A stretch of DNA of 64,000 nt from a virus. Taxonomy: Duplodnaviria > Caudoviricetes. The notes under the pieces are model-generated. The model did no database searches and was not told where the DNA came from. It saw only the letters and a list, made by a program, of their open reading frames with translations. Where the stretch lies: the IMG/VR virus record IMGVR_UViG_3300037454_000507, positions 5,005 through 69,004 of that record; one strand, given 5' to 3'. This document shows positions 29,000 to 39,853 of this stretch, piece after piece (positions within the stretch are counted from its first letter, which is position 1; each line of letters opens with the position of its first letter). The position numbers and the translations under genes were made by a program.

Positions 29000-30625
29000 G
29001 TGAATTTAAATTTTCTTAATCCATTTAGTAGCAGCTTCTTAAAAACCTCGCCGGAACATAGTGAAGTCCGTGCAAGAGAGGCAGCTCGTAACTCATACGG
29101 TAAAATCGAAGACACCATTGACTGGTCTGCTTTGTCAAACGCATACGGGAATACATTTGATGACCCCGCTAATCCGCGAGACACAACCCAGATTTATTTT
29201 GACCAAATTTATATAAACAAGTGGCAGAAGATTAGCTGGTATCGTTCCATGGCAATGTACCCGCTTATCGGTAAAGGCTTGAATATTATTACCGACGAAG
29301 CAGTTTGCCCTGACGCTCTTGGTAATGTTGCAGTGTTTGACATCAAGGACCCATATAAGCAGAAGTTTACTGCGACTGAATATGCGACCTTGAAGATGGA
29401 ATTTGATTATATTGTTGAATGTGTATTTGGACAAGAAAATATATGGGATTTGTTCTATAAGTGGTTACAGGATGCCGAACTCTTTTTGGAAATTGCATTG
29501 AATGACAATGGAGATAAAGTGGTCGGCATTAATACATTGGCTCCTTATGCGATGTTGGTCATTTATGACAGGGATTCCGATAATATTAACGGATTTATCG
29601 AAAATGTAAACTATCTTAATCAGGCGCAGGTACAGGACAAGAATACTGAAATACGTCGTTTCTTGCCGAACCAGATAGCCTATGTCCGTTATCCGATTAC
29701 TTGGAATAACCGTAATGATGTTCGCGGACACTTGGAACGTTCTATTCGTCCGTTGAACCAGCTTAGAAATATTGAAGACGCTTTGACAGTTTATCGTATT
29801 ACTCGTGCGACAGAACACCGTGTATTTAACATTTATACCGGTCGTCGTCCGCCTGACAAGGCTGCAGCTTATGTCCAGGAAGTTCGTAACAAGTATCGTA
29901 AGAATTTGACTCTCGATAATACTACTGGCATGGTCAACGCGGTCAAGAATACTCAGGCTATGACTGAAGACTTTTTCTTCTCGAAGGACGACTCTGGTCA
30001 GCAGTCTTCTGTTGAAACGTTCCCATCTGGATCTACATTTGACGGTCAGATTCAAGACCTTTATATGTTCCAGAAGATGGTTATGGACGGTATGTTTATT
30101 CCGCAGAATCGTTGGAAGTCTGATGAACTTAGCGGCGCAAATTATACTCAGGGTATTGAATCTGCAAACCTTGAGGAAGTCGCATTCCAGCGTTGCTGCC
30201 GCCGTCTTCGTAGGGCTTTTGCGGACGTAATTAGGCAGGTGTTCCTTGTTCATCTTCGTGTTCGCGGATATAAGGAAAAGTTCCTTGACAAGGCAATTTA
30301 TAATATTGACCTTCATCCGGCAACTGACTTTGAACGTATGCGTGATCTTGCGCTCGCTGAAAAACGTGGTTCTGTTCTTTCTATGCTTTCTCAGTTCTTG
30401 CCGACGACAACGAATATTAAGCCTGGTAGCGAAGAACTTGCTCCGTTGTTCTCTAAGCAATACTTCATGGAAAAGATTCTCGGTATGTCCACTCAGGATA
30501 TTCTTATGAATAACAAGATGCTTGAACAGGAAATCAAGCAGATGAATGAAGAAGCCGAAGCCGCAGCTGCTGCAGGCGGTGCAGAAGGTGAAAACCCGGA
30601 CGAGGGTGGAGACTTAGGATTTTAA
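29000..30625 (+). CDS. gp20: Portal protein
   Basis: YRSMAMYP...EDALTVYRITRATEHRVFNIYTG...MTEDFFF...VETFPSG. Confidence 0.95.
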   Translation: MNLNFLNPFSSSFLKTSPEHSEVRAREAARNSYGKIEDTIDWSALSNAYGNTFDDPANPRDTTQIYFDQIYINKWQKISWYRSMAMYPLIGKGLNIITDEAVCPDALGNVAVFDIKDPYKQKFTATEYATLKMEFDYIVECVFGQENIWDLFYKWLQDAELFLEIALNDNGDKVVGINTLAPYAMLVIYDRDSDNINGFIENVNYLNQAQVQDKNTEIRRFLPNQIAYVRYPITWNNRNDVRGHLERSIRPLNQLRNIEDALTVYRITRATEHRVFNIYTGRRPPDKAAAYVQEVRNKYRKNLTLDNTTGMVNAVKNTQAMTEDFFFSKDDSGQQSSVETFPSGSTFDGQIQDLYMFQKMVMDGMFIPQNRWKSDELSGANYTQGIESANLEEVAFQRCCRRLRRAFADVIRQVFLVHLRVRGYKEKFLDKAIYNIDLHPATDFERMRDLALAEKRGSVLSMLSQFLPTTTNIKPGSEELAPLFSKQYFMEKILGMSTQDILMNNKMLEQEIKQMNEEAEAAAAAGGAEGENPDEGGDLGF

Positions 30626-30639
30626 TTATAGGAGAAAAT

Positions 30640-30864
30640 ATGAAGTATACAATTAATGAACAGGCAGCGGATTTGCTTGACGAAAATTATGAATTAGGCG
30701 AATCTGCGGACTACACAGTAAGGGCTTTGATTAATGCGTTAAAAAAATTTCCGCCGGATATGCAAGTACGTGTCGGAGAAGAATATAACTCTGAATCAAT
30801 GTCAAGGATAATTAAAGTCGAATACAATAAGTACAATGATAATGTACAGATTGTAATTGACTAA
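30640..30864 (+). CDS. Small hypothetical protein
   Basis: 74 aa with an upstream AGGAG; contains TVRALINALKKFPPDMQV. Confidence 0.55.
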   Translation: MKYTINEQAADLLDENYELGESADYTVRALINALKKFPPDMQVRVGEEYNSESMSRIIKVEYNKYNDNVQIVID

Positions 30865-30870
30865 ATTAAA

Positions 30871-30894
30871 AAGACCGGTTGTTTAACCGGTCTT
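30871..30894. terminator. Bidirectional terminator
   Basis: AAGACCGGTT-gttt-AACCGGTCTT. Confidence 0.75.
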
Positions 30895-30899
30895 AATTT

Positions 30900-31919
30900 T
30901 TAATGCATGTATTCGCAATATTTGACTAGTGATTTTAGTGGCATATCGAAGTAGCTTAATTCACTATCCATGTTATCGTTTATTGCACAATAATCTCTTA
31001 ACAGACTATAGAATAAGTCATCAGATACATATTTTGAAACGAATAGGTTATACAAGTCAAATACAGGTACAGGGAACGGCATGACATTCATATCGTCAAT
31101 GTCTGGTGCATGCATCAACATGAAGTCAAGAGCAGACGTGATATTATGTCCGTCACAAGTCATTAAACGATAGTTATCGCCGTTGAATTCGTCCTTATAC
31201 TGTTCATTCCAAGGAATCTTTTCGGTATCTTTAGGATCGCCGGTAATCTTAGAAAGAGGAATGCCGTATTTGTAGTATTTTTCAAGAGATTCAATATCGT
31301 TTTTAGAAACTGCATATGCAATCGGGTCTTTTGGCGTAGCTGCCTGACCGTCTGCACCGGTAGGCTTTCCATACAAACCTTTTCCAGAATGATGTAGTTC
31401 ACGGAGACGGACAAAGTCTTCATCCGGATTTGGATCTTGTTCTGGTTCTTCATCATCTTCAATATCTGGGCCAAATTCAAAGTTATAATCTTCACGTGCT
31501 TGTTCGAGATCTTCTTCATAATCATCGTTGGCGTCATAAAGATTTACAATTTCTTTAGCTACGGCAATTGGGTCAGCACCGTCTTCAATAAATTGTTTAA
31601 TAAGGTCACGGTGGTTTCTGTAATAATTATATACGGATTCTTCACCCATATCGAAGATTTCATCAAGAACCGTATCGATAAAATCGTTATCAGTTTCAAC
31701 TGATTCACGAATACCGTGGAATTTAGACGCACCGATACCGCGTTTAATTTCGAATTTGATACATTGCGCGGCAAAATCAGGGGCAACAGAAGTTTCATTA
31801 TTACTGAAATAATCAGTAATAAGGTTCATAATGTCATTGATATGCTTCTTTGTATCTATGCCATATTTCTTTAGCCAATGTATTACATTTGCTGTATATT
31901 TTTCAAAGGCAGTTTTCAT
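30900..31919 (-). CDS. Acidic hypothetical protein
   Basis: 339-aa ORF overlapping the upstream gene by 4 nt. Confidence 0.6.
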   Translation of the reverse strand: MKTAFEKYTANVIHWLKKYGIDTKKHINDIMNLITDYFSNNETSVAPDFAAQCIKFEIKRGIGASKFHGIRESVETDNDFIDTVLDEIFDMGEESVYNYYRNHRDLIKQFIEDGADPIAVAKEIVNLYDANDDYEEDLEQAREDYNFEFGPDIEDDEEPEQDPNPDEDFVRLRELHHSGKGLYGKPTGADGQAATPKDPIAYAVSKNDIESLEKYYKYGIPLSKITGDPKDTEKIPWNEQYKDEFNGDNYRLMTCDGHNITSALDFMLMHAPDIDDMNVMPFPVPVFDLYNLFVSKYVSDDLFYSLLRDYCAINDNMDSELSYFDMPLKSLVKYCEYMH

Positions 31920-32686
31920 AATAAGTTCCTATATTGTTCATTAAATGTTTTAAAGATATTAGCATAAAGTTGAATATTATTTGCCGTTTCTTTAGAACTA
32001 AACTTGCTTACGCCAGTTTCATCTGGTTCAAGAAAGTCAATTTTTAATTTTACAGTACAGAAAACAGAATTACGATTCAGTGTATATCCGATAATTGCTA
32101 AACGGTTAACATTGTCGACATTCTGTTTGATATATGGACGAAAATACTTGTCAAGCTGCATTAAGTAGCTCTTGACATCGGTATTGATTTCGTTGGCCAT
32201 ATCGAAAAGCTTGATACGAAGTATGGCAAATGCTTCACCTTTCTTAGTTTCAACATCCTTAAGTGCAACACCGTCAATGTTATGAACAATGAAAAGCAAC
32301 TTATTACGGAGAAGAACATCGTCAATTTGGAGCTGTTTGCTAACCTTTACAGTATTTTTGTCAAGCTGTTCAATAATATAATCTGCACATTCTGTACTAT
32401 TATAGCCGTCATTGTACATATCAATAACGTCTTCGTTAAGTTCACGAGGCATTTTCTTAATGATATAGCCGGATTTCTTAACGATATTAGCAACTGACTT
32501 GAGATAGCGGTTGAACATTTTTTCAATATTACTGCTTTCGTTCATACTACGCAAGGACAAGACATAGTTTTTCGGGTCGACACCGTTAATGTACGACTCG
32601 AAAAGCCCGTCAAGGTCAAGCTTTATATCTGTATGCTTACGGGAAATAATTTTTTCAACAGTAGATTTATATTGAAGAAAATCCAT
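31916..32686 (-). CDS. Hypothetical protein
   Basis: 256-aa ORF directly downstream of the tube gene. Confidence 0.6.
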   Translation of the reverse strand: MDFLQYKSTVEKIISRKHTDIKLDLDGLFESYINGVDPKNYVLSLRSMNESSNIEKMFNRYLKSVANIVKKSGYIIKKMPRELNEDVIDMYNDGYNSTECADYIIEQLDKNTVKVSKQLQIDDVLLRNKLLFIVHNIDGVALKDVETKKGEAFAILRIKLFDMANEINTDVKSYLMQLDKYFRPYIKQNVDNVNRLAIIGYTLNRNSVFCTVKLKIDFLEPDETGVSKFSSKETANNIQLYANIFKTFNEQYRNLL

Positions 32687-32688
32687 TA

Positions 32689-33291
32689 TTACTCGTCAGT
32701 TCTGATAATTTCGAAGTTAGAGTATGAGAATGTTGCGGAACGTGTAACCTTACCATCGGCGTTGTGGTCAAGACCGAAATCAGAGATAGTCTTCGGCCAG
32801 CAACGATACAGGAACCATTTAACCGGAAGAGACTTCTTCAACGTAGAGTCATAGAGCTTAATTTCGATAGTAGCGCAGTAATCGGAAGCGAAGTTAGAGA
32901 TTGCGCCGCCGGTCATTTCGTTGCTACCGCCGCCAATATCCTGGCTAAAACCTTGGTTCATCAAGCAGTTTGCCCACTTGTGAAGCTGCTGAGAAACTGT
33001 CAAATCCTGGAATTCATCCCAAAGAATGGTCAAATCGCCAGAAACAGTTGCACGGCCAGGATAGAGAAGCTTGGTTCCCATGTACTGGGTATCAAGTTCG
33101 TTGAAAGACTTAGCCGGTAAAGAAGCCTGTCTTGCGCGAAGCATCAATTCGTTAGCATCAAGGATTGATGCGAGTTCAGAACGAGTTTCGAAAATGAAGC
33201 GCGTCTGGAAAAGATATTGCTTGGCAAGGTCCGGCAGGGTAGAAAGATGTCCAAACACGGACATACTAGTATCAAAACGCTGATTCGCCAT
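32689..33291 (-). CDS. gp19: Tail tube protein
   Basis: LAKQYLFQ...RQASLPAKS...YMG...YPGRATVSGDLTILWDE...LYRCWPKTISDFGLD...FSY. Confidence 0.85.
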   Translation of the reverse strand: MANQRFDTSMSVFGHLSTLPDLAKQYLFQTRFIFETRSELASILDANELMLRARQASLPAKSFNELDTQYMGTKLLYPGRATVSGDLTILWDEFQDLTVSQQLHKWANCLMNQGFSQDIGGGSNEMTGGAISNFASDYCATIEIKLYDSTLKKSLPVKWFLYRCWPKTISDFGLDHNADGKVTRSATFSYSNFEIIRTDE

Positions 33292-33467
33292 TATAATTTC
33301 TCCTAAATTATTTCTTTTTATTATTTATAATGGTGAACAGATATTTAGAGTTTTCATAAAAACATTTAGAAATTTTATAAATAATTTATATAAATCCAAA
33401 TTTGTGAGTGAGTGAAATTCCGTTTATTTGTGTTTATTTAAGTTTATAAAATTATTTAGGAGAATTT

Positions 33468-36400
33468 ATGGCTAAATATTCAGTTCCAGGAATCCGTTTT
33501 ACCGAGATAGATAACACTATCCGTGCGGAATCCGATCCGGGAATGGGCATTGGTGCAATCGTTATGGCATCAAACAAGGGCCCTGTTAACCAGCGTGTGG
33601 TTACGAAGAACTATAACGAATTTACCGAAATTTTCGGTAAGCCGGAAACTCTTGAGAGTTACGGTCACTTCGCTGCTGAGAATTACTTCGCTAATTCTAA
33701 CCAGCTTTTCGCTGTTCGTGCAACAATGGGTGACGAACAGTATGCACAGATTCAGTATAGCTATCGTGGCGCTCCGGTGACTGCTACTAATGAGTCACTT
33801 GATACAGCTAAGATGACTTATGTTGACAAGGAAGGAGATAATAATCTAGTCCTTCTCCAGTCGCTTTCTGCAACTACCATTGTAGAATCCATGGTTTCTG
33901 GTGGTGACTGGACTTATGATGGTGGCGACGAAGATCCGGATGGTGGTATTTTCGGTTTTGCTCTCAAGCAAAAAGCATATTACAACGTATTTACGGACTT
34001 TAAGAAAGAAACTGAAGACCTTATCGTTTTCAAGGGCATGTCTGACCCGGACACTTGGGAAGGCACAATTACTGAAAGTGGTTATCGTGTTATTTATCCG
34101 ACTAGTGTCGATAGCGAAGGCGAGAATGCACAGCTTGACACTAAGCTTAATTTTACGGTTTCTGGTTGGAATTCTTCTGCAGATCCGGGAAGCGTTAGTA
34201 TTTCTAAGAAGGGTTCGCTTTATAACGTAGTCAGTATCGATGTTCCGGCATCTGCAACGCTCGATAAGGAACGCAACAAGATTACATTCTTCAGCGATAC
34301 TTCTGCATATTCCGCAATCAGTGGTTGGGAAGTTTCCGGTGTTAAGTTTGAAGATATTTTCGATAATCAGTATTTCCTTGGTGATTATGATTTTAAGACC
34401 GCTAAGCCATATGAAGACAATTACGGTATTCTTGAAGCTCAGCGCATGGAAATCATGGACTGGGATCAGCCGGATATTAAGAAGACTTACTATGTCGATA
34501 GTGCTCGTTTTAATGAAACTTGTGCACAGGCATACGGTATCAAGTATACTGAATGGTTTAACGTAGATTCTAACTATGCGATTGTCGGTAAGAAGAACCT
34601 TGACGACAAGACTGGTACGGATTTCGTATTCTGTTCTGCAGTTTCTGCAATGTATACCAACAAGACTCAGAAAGAAGATTGGCTCGGTAACGATGATATT
34701 AAGGAACGTACTCCGCGTGAAGTTATCGTCGACATGATGGATGCTTACGGCTGTAACGATATTTCTGACATCAACGATTACTACTACATGAAGTATCACG
34801 ATGTTTTCACTGATTCTACCGTTGAAAAGATTATTAAAGAAAAACCGGAATATTATGACGAAAAGAACACTCAGGATTTCAGCAACCATGTAGAAAAGTA
34901 TCTCTTCTGGCTCTATTCTGAAAAGGGTACTAACGTTCTTACCAAGGAAAGCGTTTATCTCGCAGATAATACCGACCTTGTTAAGTTACCGATTCAGGCC
35001 GGCCATTTCGTTGATAAGAGTGACGGCGAACGTGTTAATTTGAATAATATTGTTGCATATCCGACCTCTTACTTGGTCAATTCTGTCGATAAGACTTACG
35101 CAGACGGCTATACCGTCAAGACCGACGCTGAAGACGAACCGGGTATCGGTGATATTGAACGTTATAAGTCTGTATTTGATGACCAGCTTGTTATCGCTTC
35201 TATCGGTCCTGGTGAATACGGTAACGACATCGGTGTTTCCATTATTACGACTGAATGTGCTGACATTCCGGCTCTCCATCATCAGAATGCCTTCCAGTGG
35301 AAGGATAAGTATGACGATGAAGACCAGATTAAGAAGGACACTTCTCCGTACTATGAAAACCCGCTCAACCTTATCTGGAAGAAGGTTTTCCGTATCAATG
35401 TCTACGTCAAGACTAAGACCCAGACAGCTGAAGCCGCTTGGGGTACAGGTATGGACGCTCTCTTGAAGGATCCTGCAGAATCTTGGTGGGTTTCTACTGA
35501 CCCGTATGCAAAGGACGGTGAAGGTAATAGCCTTTACGCTCCGGTTGTAATCAACGGTCATTCTGACTACATCTATGTTTCTCGTTCTTCTGCTGCTACT
35601 GCTGCTAACAAGAAGGGTGAATTTGTCCAGCCGAACCAGACTTTCGCAATTTACAACCTCACCGGTGGTAAGAATTCTACCAAGAATACGATTTCTGAAA
35701 AGGCTGCTGCTCTTAACTTCTATAACGACAGACAGCGTGCTAAGTTTGACATTCTCTTCAACGTCGACGCGGTTGATACGTTCAACGGTCGTCAGAAGTA
35801 TAACGCTCTCCAGCGTAAGATTGCTCAGATTGCTGCATCTCGTACCCAGGATATTGGTGTTGTTCAGGTTACTTCCAAAGCTGCAAAGACTGCTAAGCAG
35901 ATGCTTTCGGAATCCAAGAACTTCTCCTTCAACAAGGGTGATTACGTAGCTGAATACGGTGGTTACGACAAGTATTACAACTCTGACCTCGCTGCATGGA
36001 TTTACTTGCCGAAGTCTGTTGCTGGTGCTTGCTCTATGGCTTACTGTGATAATTACTTCTATCCGTGGATGGCTCCGGCAGGTGTCGAACGCGGTACGAT
36101 TAACTACACCAACGGCCAGTTGCTCCGCCTTACCGATGACGAAATCGGTCAGCTCTATGACAATAACGTTAACACGACCCGCGACTGTGGCGGTTACGGC
36201 GTGGTTCTCTGGGGCCAGAAGACGGCTCTCAAGAAGAACAGCCTCCTTAACCGTATCAACGTCCGTCGTTGCTTGAACTATATCGAGAAGATTCTTGAAA
36301 ACAAGATGACTCCGTACCTCTTCATGCAGAACAGCGTTAACACTCGTAGCTCCGCAAGAAATGATATTCGTAGCTTCCTCGAAAGAGTCAAGGCTGCTGA

Positions 36401-36557
36401 AGGTATCTATGACTTCGACTTGAGCGTTACTGCTGACCAGGACGATCCGACAATCATGAACGTTGCAATTCAGATTCAGCCGACAAGCGCAATCGAATTC
36501 ATTGACATCAAGATTATCGTCAACCGTCAGTCTGGTGTTTCTGTTATCGAAGAATAA
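33468..36557 (+). CDS. gp18: Contractile tail sheath protein (enlarged, 1029 aa)
   Basis: PGIRFTEID...KGPVN...FGKP at the N-terminus; YPWMAPAGVERG...LWGQKT...RINVRR...IEFI at the C-terminus. Confidence 0.92.
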   Translation: MAKYSVPGIRFTEIDNTIRAESDPGMGIGAIVMASNKGPVNQRVVTKNYNEFTEIFGKPETLESYGHFAAENYFANSNQLFAVRATMGDEQYAQIQYSYRGAPVTATNESLDTAKMTYVDKEGDNNLVLLQSLSATTIVESMVSGGDWTYDGGDEDPDGGIFGFALKQKAYYNVFTDFKKETEDLIVFKGMSDPDTWEGTITESGYRVIYPTSVDSEGENAQLDTKLNFTVSGWNSSADPGSVSISKKGSLYNVVSIDVPASATLDKERNKITFFSDTSAYSAISGWEVSGVKFEDIFDNQYFLGDYDFKTAKPYEDNYGILEAQRMEIMDWDQPDIKKTYYVDSARFNETCAQAYGIKYTEWFNVDSNYAIVGKKNLDDKTGTDFVFCSAVSAMYTNKTQKEDWLGNDDIKERTPREVIVDMMDAYGCNDISDINDYYYMKYHDVFTDSTVEKIIKEKPEYYDEKNTQDFSNHVEKYLFWLYSEKGTNVLTKESVYLADNTDLVKLPIQAGHFVDKSDGERVNLNNIVAYPTSYLVNSVDKTYADGYTVKTDAEDEPGIGDIERYKSVFDDQLVIASIGPGEYGNDIGVSIITTECADIPALHHQNAFQWKDKYDDEDQIKKDTSPYYENPLNLIWKKVFRINVYVKTKTQTAEAAWGTGMDALLKDPAESWWVSTDPYAKDGEGNSLYAPVVINGHSDYIYVSRSSAATAANKKGEFVQPNQTFAIYNLTGGKNSTKNTISEKAAALNFYNDRQRAKFDILFNVDAVDTFNGRQKYNALQRKIAQIAASRTQDIGVVQVTSKAAKTAKQMLSESKNFSFNKGDYVAEYGGYDKYYNSDLAAWIYLPKSVAGACSMAYCDNYFYPWMAPAGVERGTINYTNGQLLRLTDDEIGQLYDNNVNTTRDCGGYGVVLWGQKTALKKNSLLNRINVRRCLNYIEKILENKMTPYLFMQNSVNTRSSARNDIRSFLERVKAAEGIYDFDLSVTADQDDPTIMNVAIQIQPTSAIEFIDIKIIVNRQSGVSVIEE

Positions 36558-36576
36558 TAGATTCAACAGAAAATAC

Positions 36577-36602
36577 AAAAGGCATCCGGAAGGATGTCTT
36601 TT
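36577..36602 (+). terminator. Rho-independent terminator
   Basis: GGCATCC-ggaa-GGATGTC followed by TTTT. Confidence 0.7.
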
Positions 36603-36632
36603 GCTTTATATAAATAATTAGAGGTTTAATAA

Positions 36633-39600
36633 ATGGCTACTTTTCAAGAAAATGTCGACTATATAGTAAATGACAAGAGTACAATGGACAGGTTCCATGT
36701 TGAACTTACATTTACCTTTGATGTGACTCGGTATCTTCAGGCAAATACTTTTAGAATTACAATTTACGATGTAATGACGCATCGTGATTTGACGATAACA
36801 GCCGATGATTTAATTTACGGTAATTCATATGGTCTTGTACCGATTGTCGGTCCTGAGGTAAATCCGTCAACAAAAGCAAAACAGCTTGATGATAGCCTTA
36901 TCGAAAATGACGGCATAGTAATATTTTTCAGTGGTAATGTTTTGACTATCGTAATGATACCAAGATGTTCAAATGATACGAAGACTATTGGATTTTATTC
37001 TTCCAGCATTTATATTCAGTTTTCACAAGATGAAGATATAAAGAACAGCATAACGTTCTATGCCGCATTATTTCCGAAAATTTTACGCGATGATAAGGTA
37101 ATTCAGTATGACAATGGCATAGATGACCCTGTTTTCGGCGCAAATAAAAATATTAGACCTGCATATGATTTTAATAAAAATATATCGAAAAGTATAGAAA
37201 GATTCGATTACGATACGAAAGAAATTTTCTATGCGAATACTACGTTTAGTGCACATAATGAAGGTGAAGTTCCTGTATATATTAGCAAAATTTCGGCATA
37301 TGGTATCGATGAATACGATAGGCAGATGCTTAGTTTTGAATACGACTGGGAAAACGCCAAATCTTACCTGATTGATGAAGTTGACGGAACTATTCATGAT
37401 AATATTCCGTATGACGTCGTTGTACCGAATTCATATAATATTGAGCCAGTTTTGGGATATAGTGCGTCAATTGACAATTATTTGATTACACAATATATCT
37501 ACAGGGAAACTCCGGGTTTTTATAAGAATAAATTGGTATTTGAACTTCAAAACTTGCCAACCAGTACGGCATTGGATAGGCTTGTCGTAACAATCGAAGA
37601 TTTAACTCCGGCACGTTATACAAAAGATTCTCCGGAGGGTACAGCTATTGTTAAAATATTTAACCCGAACGTGGATTATAGAGACATAAATTTGTTAAAG
37701 TATGATATTATAGATTCACCGGAAAATTTAAATGTCGAAATTGATCGAGAACATATAGATTATTCAAACTATGAGTCATACGGCGAAATACTTATACCGT
37801 TAAAAAATATTCATTTTACGACTCAAACAAAGAAAGCCGATGGACAATTTGGTTTTGAAGCATGTATTAGTGCCGAAATCGCCGGAATGACAATAGAACA
37901 GGTTGAGACGGCAACATACGGATGCGATTATATAACGACGGATTTTTATACGGTTCGACCTGAGCTTACAAAATTACAGATAGAATTAACATGGGATCCG
38001 GAATATGAAAATAATATGATTATGCCGGATGAATCGGAAACTGTTCATGTAAAGATAACAAATAATAATTTAGATTATATTGATTTGTTAAATTATCCGA
38101 TTAATTATACTTGCACCTGGGCTGGTGAAGGGGTACCGTTAAGTGATATTAGAAATTTAGATACATCCAATTATGATGAATATCATTACATTACATTTGA
38201 CGTTGTAAATTTAATGAGCGACAGAATTGACCCTCCAAGATTAACATATTTGTTTGAAGTAACAGCATATATTGAAGGTTCAGATCCTGATGTTTCTCCA
38301 GAAATATCACTAGAGTGGATGGAAGATAAAACGAAAAATAGTGCAGAAGTTAAATTTACTCTGTATGTTGATGTACTTGAACATCTTGAATTTCTTGAAA
38401 ATACATTAGTTTATAATCCTGCACTTGATGTTGATGAAGAAGGAAATTTAGTCAAGGTTATTAAGAAAAACGAAACACAGGGATTTACTATAGATTTGTA
38501 TAATCCAAATATTAATCATAGAAGTATAAATGATGATCGTATCATTATGACATTATATTCACCGAATGCAAGATATTTTAAACAAGATACTGTTATAGAA
38601 AACGGTGTACATTTGGAATATGATTATGATGAGAATTATGAGTCTAAATCCGATATTTCTGGCGCAGGTATTATTCATGTTACAGTGACTAATATGCATA
38701 TTGACCATGTAGACATACAAAAGCTTATCGGTTTATATGCATATATTAACGGACATGAAACTGAAACTTATGCACGTTATGAAGATGGACAATTCTGGAC
38801 AATGGATGACCCAGTTATTCCGCATGAATGGGATTACATGAAGAATTATGTCATTTATACGGACTCTGTTCTTGAAACTGAAAATTCATATATCGGAGTT
38901 AGAGATATTAGATGCGCAGGTGCAAATTTTAGCTTTACGAACGTAGAATCTGATGTTTACTGCATTGGACCGTTGACGATTAATAATCATAACATGAATC
39001 CTAATTTGGATTATTATTGTGGAAATTATCCTGGTATTACGGCAACTGGCAGCAGTTATCCTCTTAATTTCTACAACAATGGTAACATTAAGTATAATAT
39101 TACTGTTCCGGCTGGTACCAAGAAGCCGATGCTTTATTATTACTATAATCCGGAAGATCCTGCTGGTAATAACAGATTTGAGAATACGAATAATTCTGTA
39201 ATCGGTAATGACCCGTATGCAGGATATGCAGATGATGGCGGTATGATCATAACGGATAGAATGGTTGAGGAAATTAAGCAGCTTCCGATATATCCAGGTA
39301 CAAGAACTATTAACTTGTTCCAGGACGTTTCTTATGATTTTGCTTCACATTTGAACGAATTTGAATATGATGCGGCAAGAGGTATTCGTAAGGCTAATGC
39401 GTTTAGAGCAAGTAACCGTTGTACTATTACGTTATGCCCTGGTGAATTCCATTTTAATACATTTGATGCCGATACTTACTTTACGATTATTGTCCCTGCG
39501 ATGAATGACGACGAGTATGTAAAAATAATGGTACAGGGAAATATCAATATAAGTAATAACTTGACAATCATAAACTATAATAATAGGATGGATTCATTCC

Positions 39601-39803
39601 TGCTTTACAGTAATAGCGGTGACATATCGTTTGCAGCAGCTGGTGATTCTAGTAATCCAGACAAGCAGATTGGTCTCGCTGTCGCTCCTAGAGGAACTAT
39701 TTCGTTAAGCAATAAGTTCATTTGGAAGGGCGGAACCTGGGCTAGAAAAGTTATAGTACAGGCAAGGTCTGAATATCATCTGCTTCCAGAATCAAATTCA
39801 TAA
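36633..39803 (+). CDS. Large virion/adhesin-like protein with C-terminal beta-solenoid
   Basis: 1056 aa, beta-rich; the C-terminus LLYSNSGDISF...GLAVAPRGTISL...WKGGTWARKVIV resembles ice-binding/choice-of-anchor-type solenoid ends. Confidence 0.5.
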   Translation: MATFQENVDYIVNDKSTMDRFHVELTFTFDVTRYLQANTFRITIYDVMTHRDLTITADDLIYGNSYGLVPIVGPEVNPSTKAKQLDDSLIENDGIVIFFSGNVLTIVMIPRCSNDTKTIGFYSSSIYIQFSQDEDIKNSITFYAALFPKILRDDKVIQYDNGIDDPVFGANKNIRPAYDFNKNISKSIERFDYDTKEIFYANTTFSAHNEGEVPVYISKISAYGIDEYDRQMLSFEYDWENAKSYLIDEVDGTIHDNIPYDVVVPNSYNIEPVLGYSASIDNYLITQYIYRETPGFYKNKLVFELQNLPTSTALDRLVVTIEDLTPARYTKDSPEGTAIVKIFNPNVDYRDINLLKYDIIDSPENLNVEIDREHIDYSNYESYGEILIPLKNIHFTTQTKKADGQFGFEACISAEIAGMTIEQVETATYGCDYITTDFYTVRPELTKLQIELTWDPEYENNMIMPDESETVHVKITNNNLDYIDLLNYPINYTCTWAGEGVPLSDIRNLDTSNYDEYHYITFDVVNLMSDRIDPPRLTYLFEVTAYIEGSDPDVSPEISLEWMEDKTKNSAEVKFTLYVDVLEHLEFLENTLVYNPALDVDEEGNLVKVIKKNETQGFTIDLYNPNINHRSINDDRIIMTLYSPNARYFKQDTVIENGVHLEYDYDENYESKSDISGAGIIHVTVTNMHIDHVDIQKLIGLYAYINGHETETYARYEDGQFWTMDDPVIPHEWDYMKNYVIYTDSVLETENSYIGVRDIRCAGANFSFTNVESDVYCIGPLTINNHNMNPNLDYYCGNYPGITATGSSYPLNFYNNGNIKYNITVPAGTKKPMLYYYYNPEDPAGNNRFENTNNSVIGNDPYAGYADDGGMIITDRMVEEIKQLPIYPGTRTINLFQDVSYDFASHLNEFEYDAARGIRKANAFRASNRCTITLCPGEFHFNTFDADTYFTIIVPAMNDDEYVKIMVQGNINISNNLTIINYNNRMDSFLLYSNSGDISFAAAGDSSNPDKQIGLAVAPRGTISLSNKFIWKGGTWARKVIVQARSEYHLLPESNS

Positions 39804-39806
39804 AAG

Positions 39807-39832
39807 AAAACCGGTCAGAACGACCGGTTTTT
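39807..39832. terminator. Bidirectional terminator
   Basis: AAAACCGGTC-agaac-GACCGGTTTT. Confidence 0.75.
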
Positions 39833-39853
39833 TATTTAACAAGGAGATAAAAT

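Noticed and set aside
29465-30460. 331-aa minus-strand ORF opposite the portal gene
   Set aside because: Shadow ORF; the portal is unambiguous on the + strand.
34986-36578. 530-aa minus-strand ORF opposite the sheath gene
   Set aside because: Antisense shadow produced by the biased codon usage of a highly expressed gene; no recognisable motifs. The same applies to 33846-34889.
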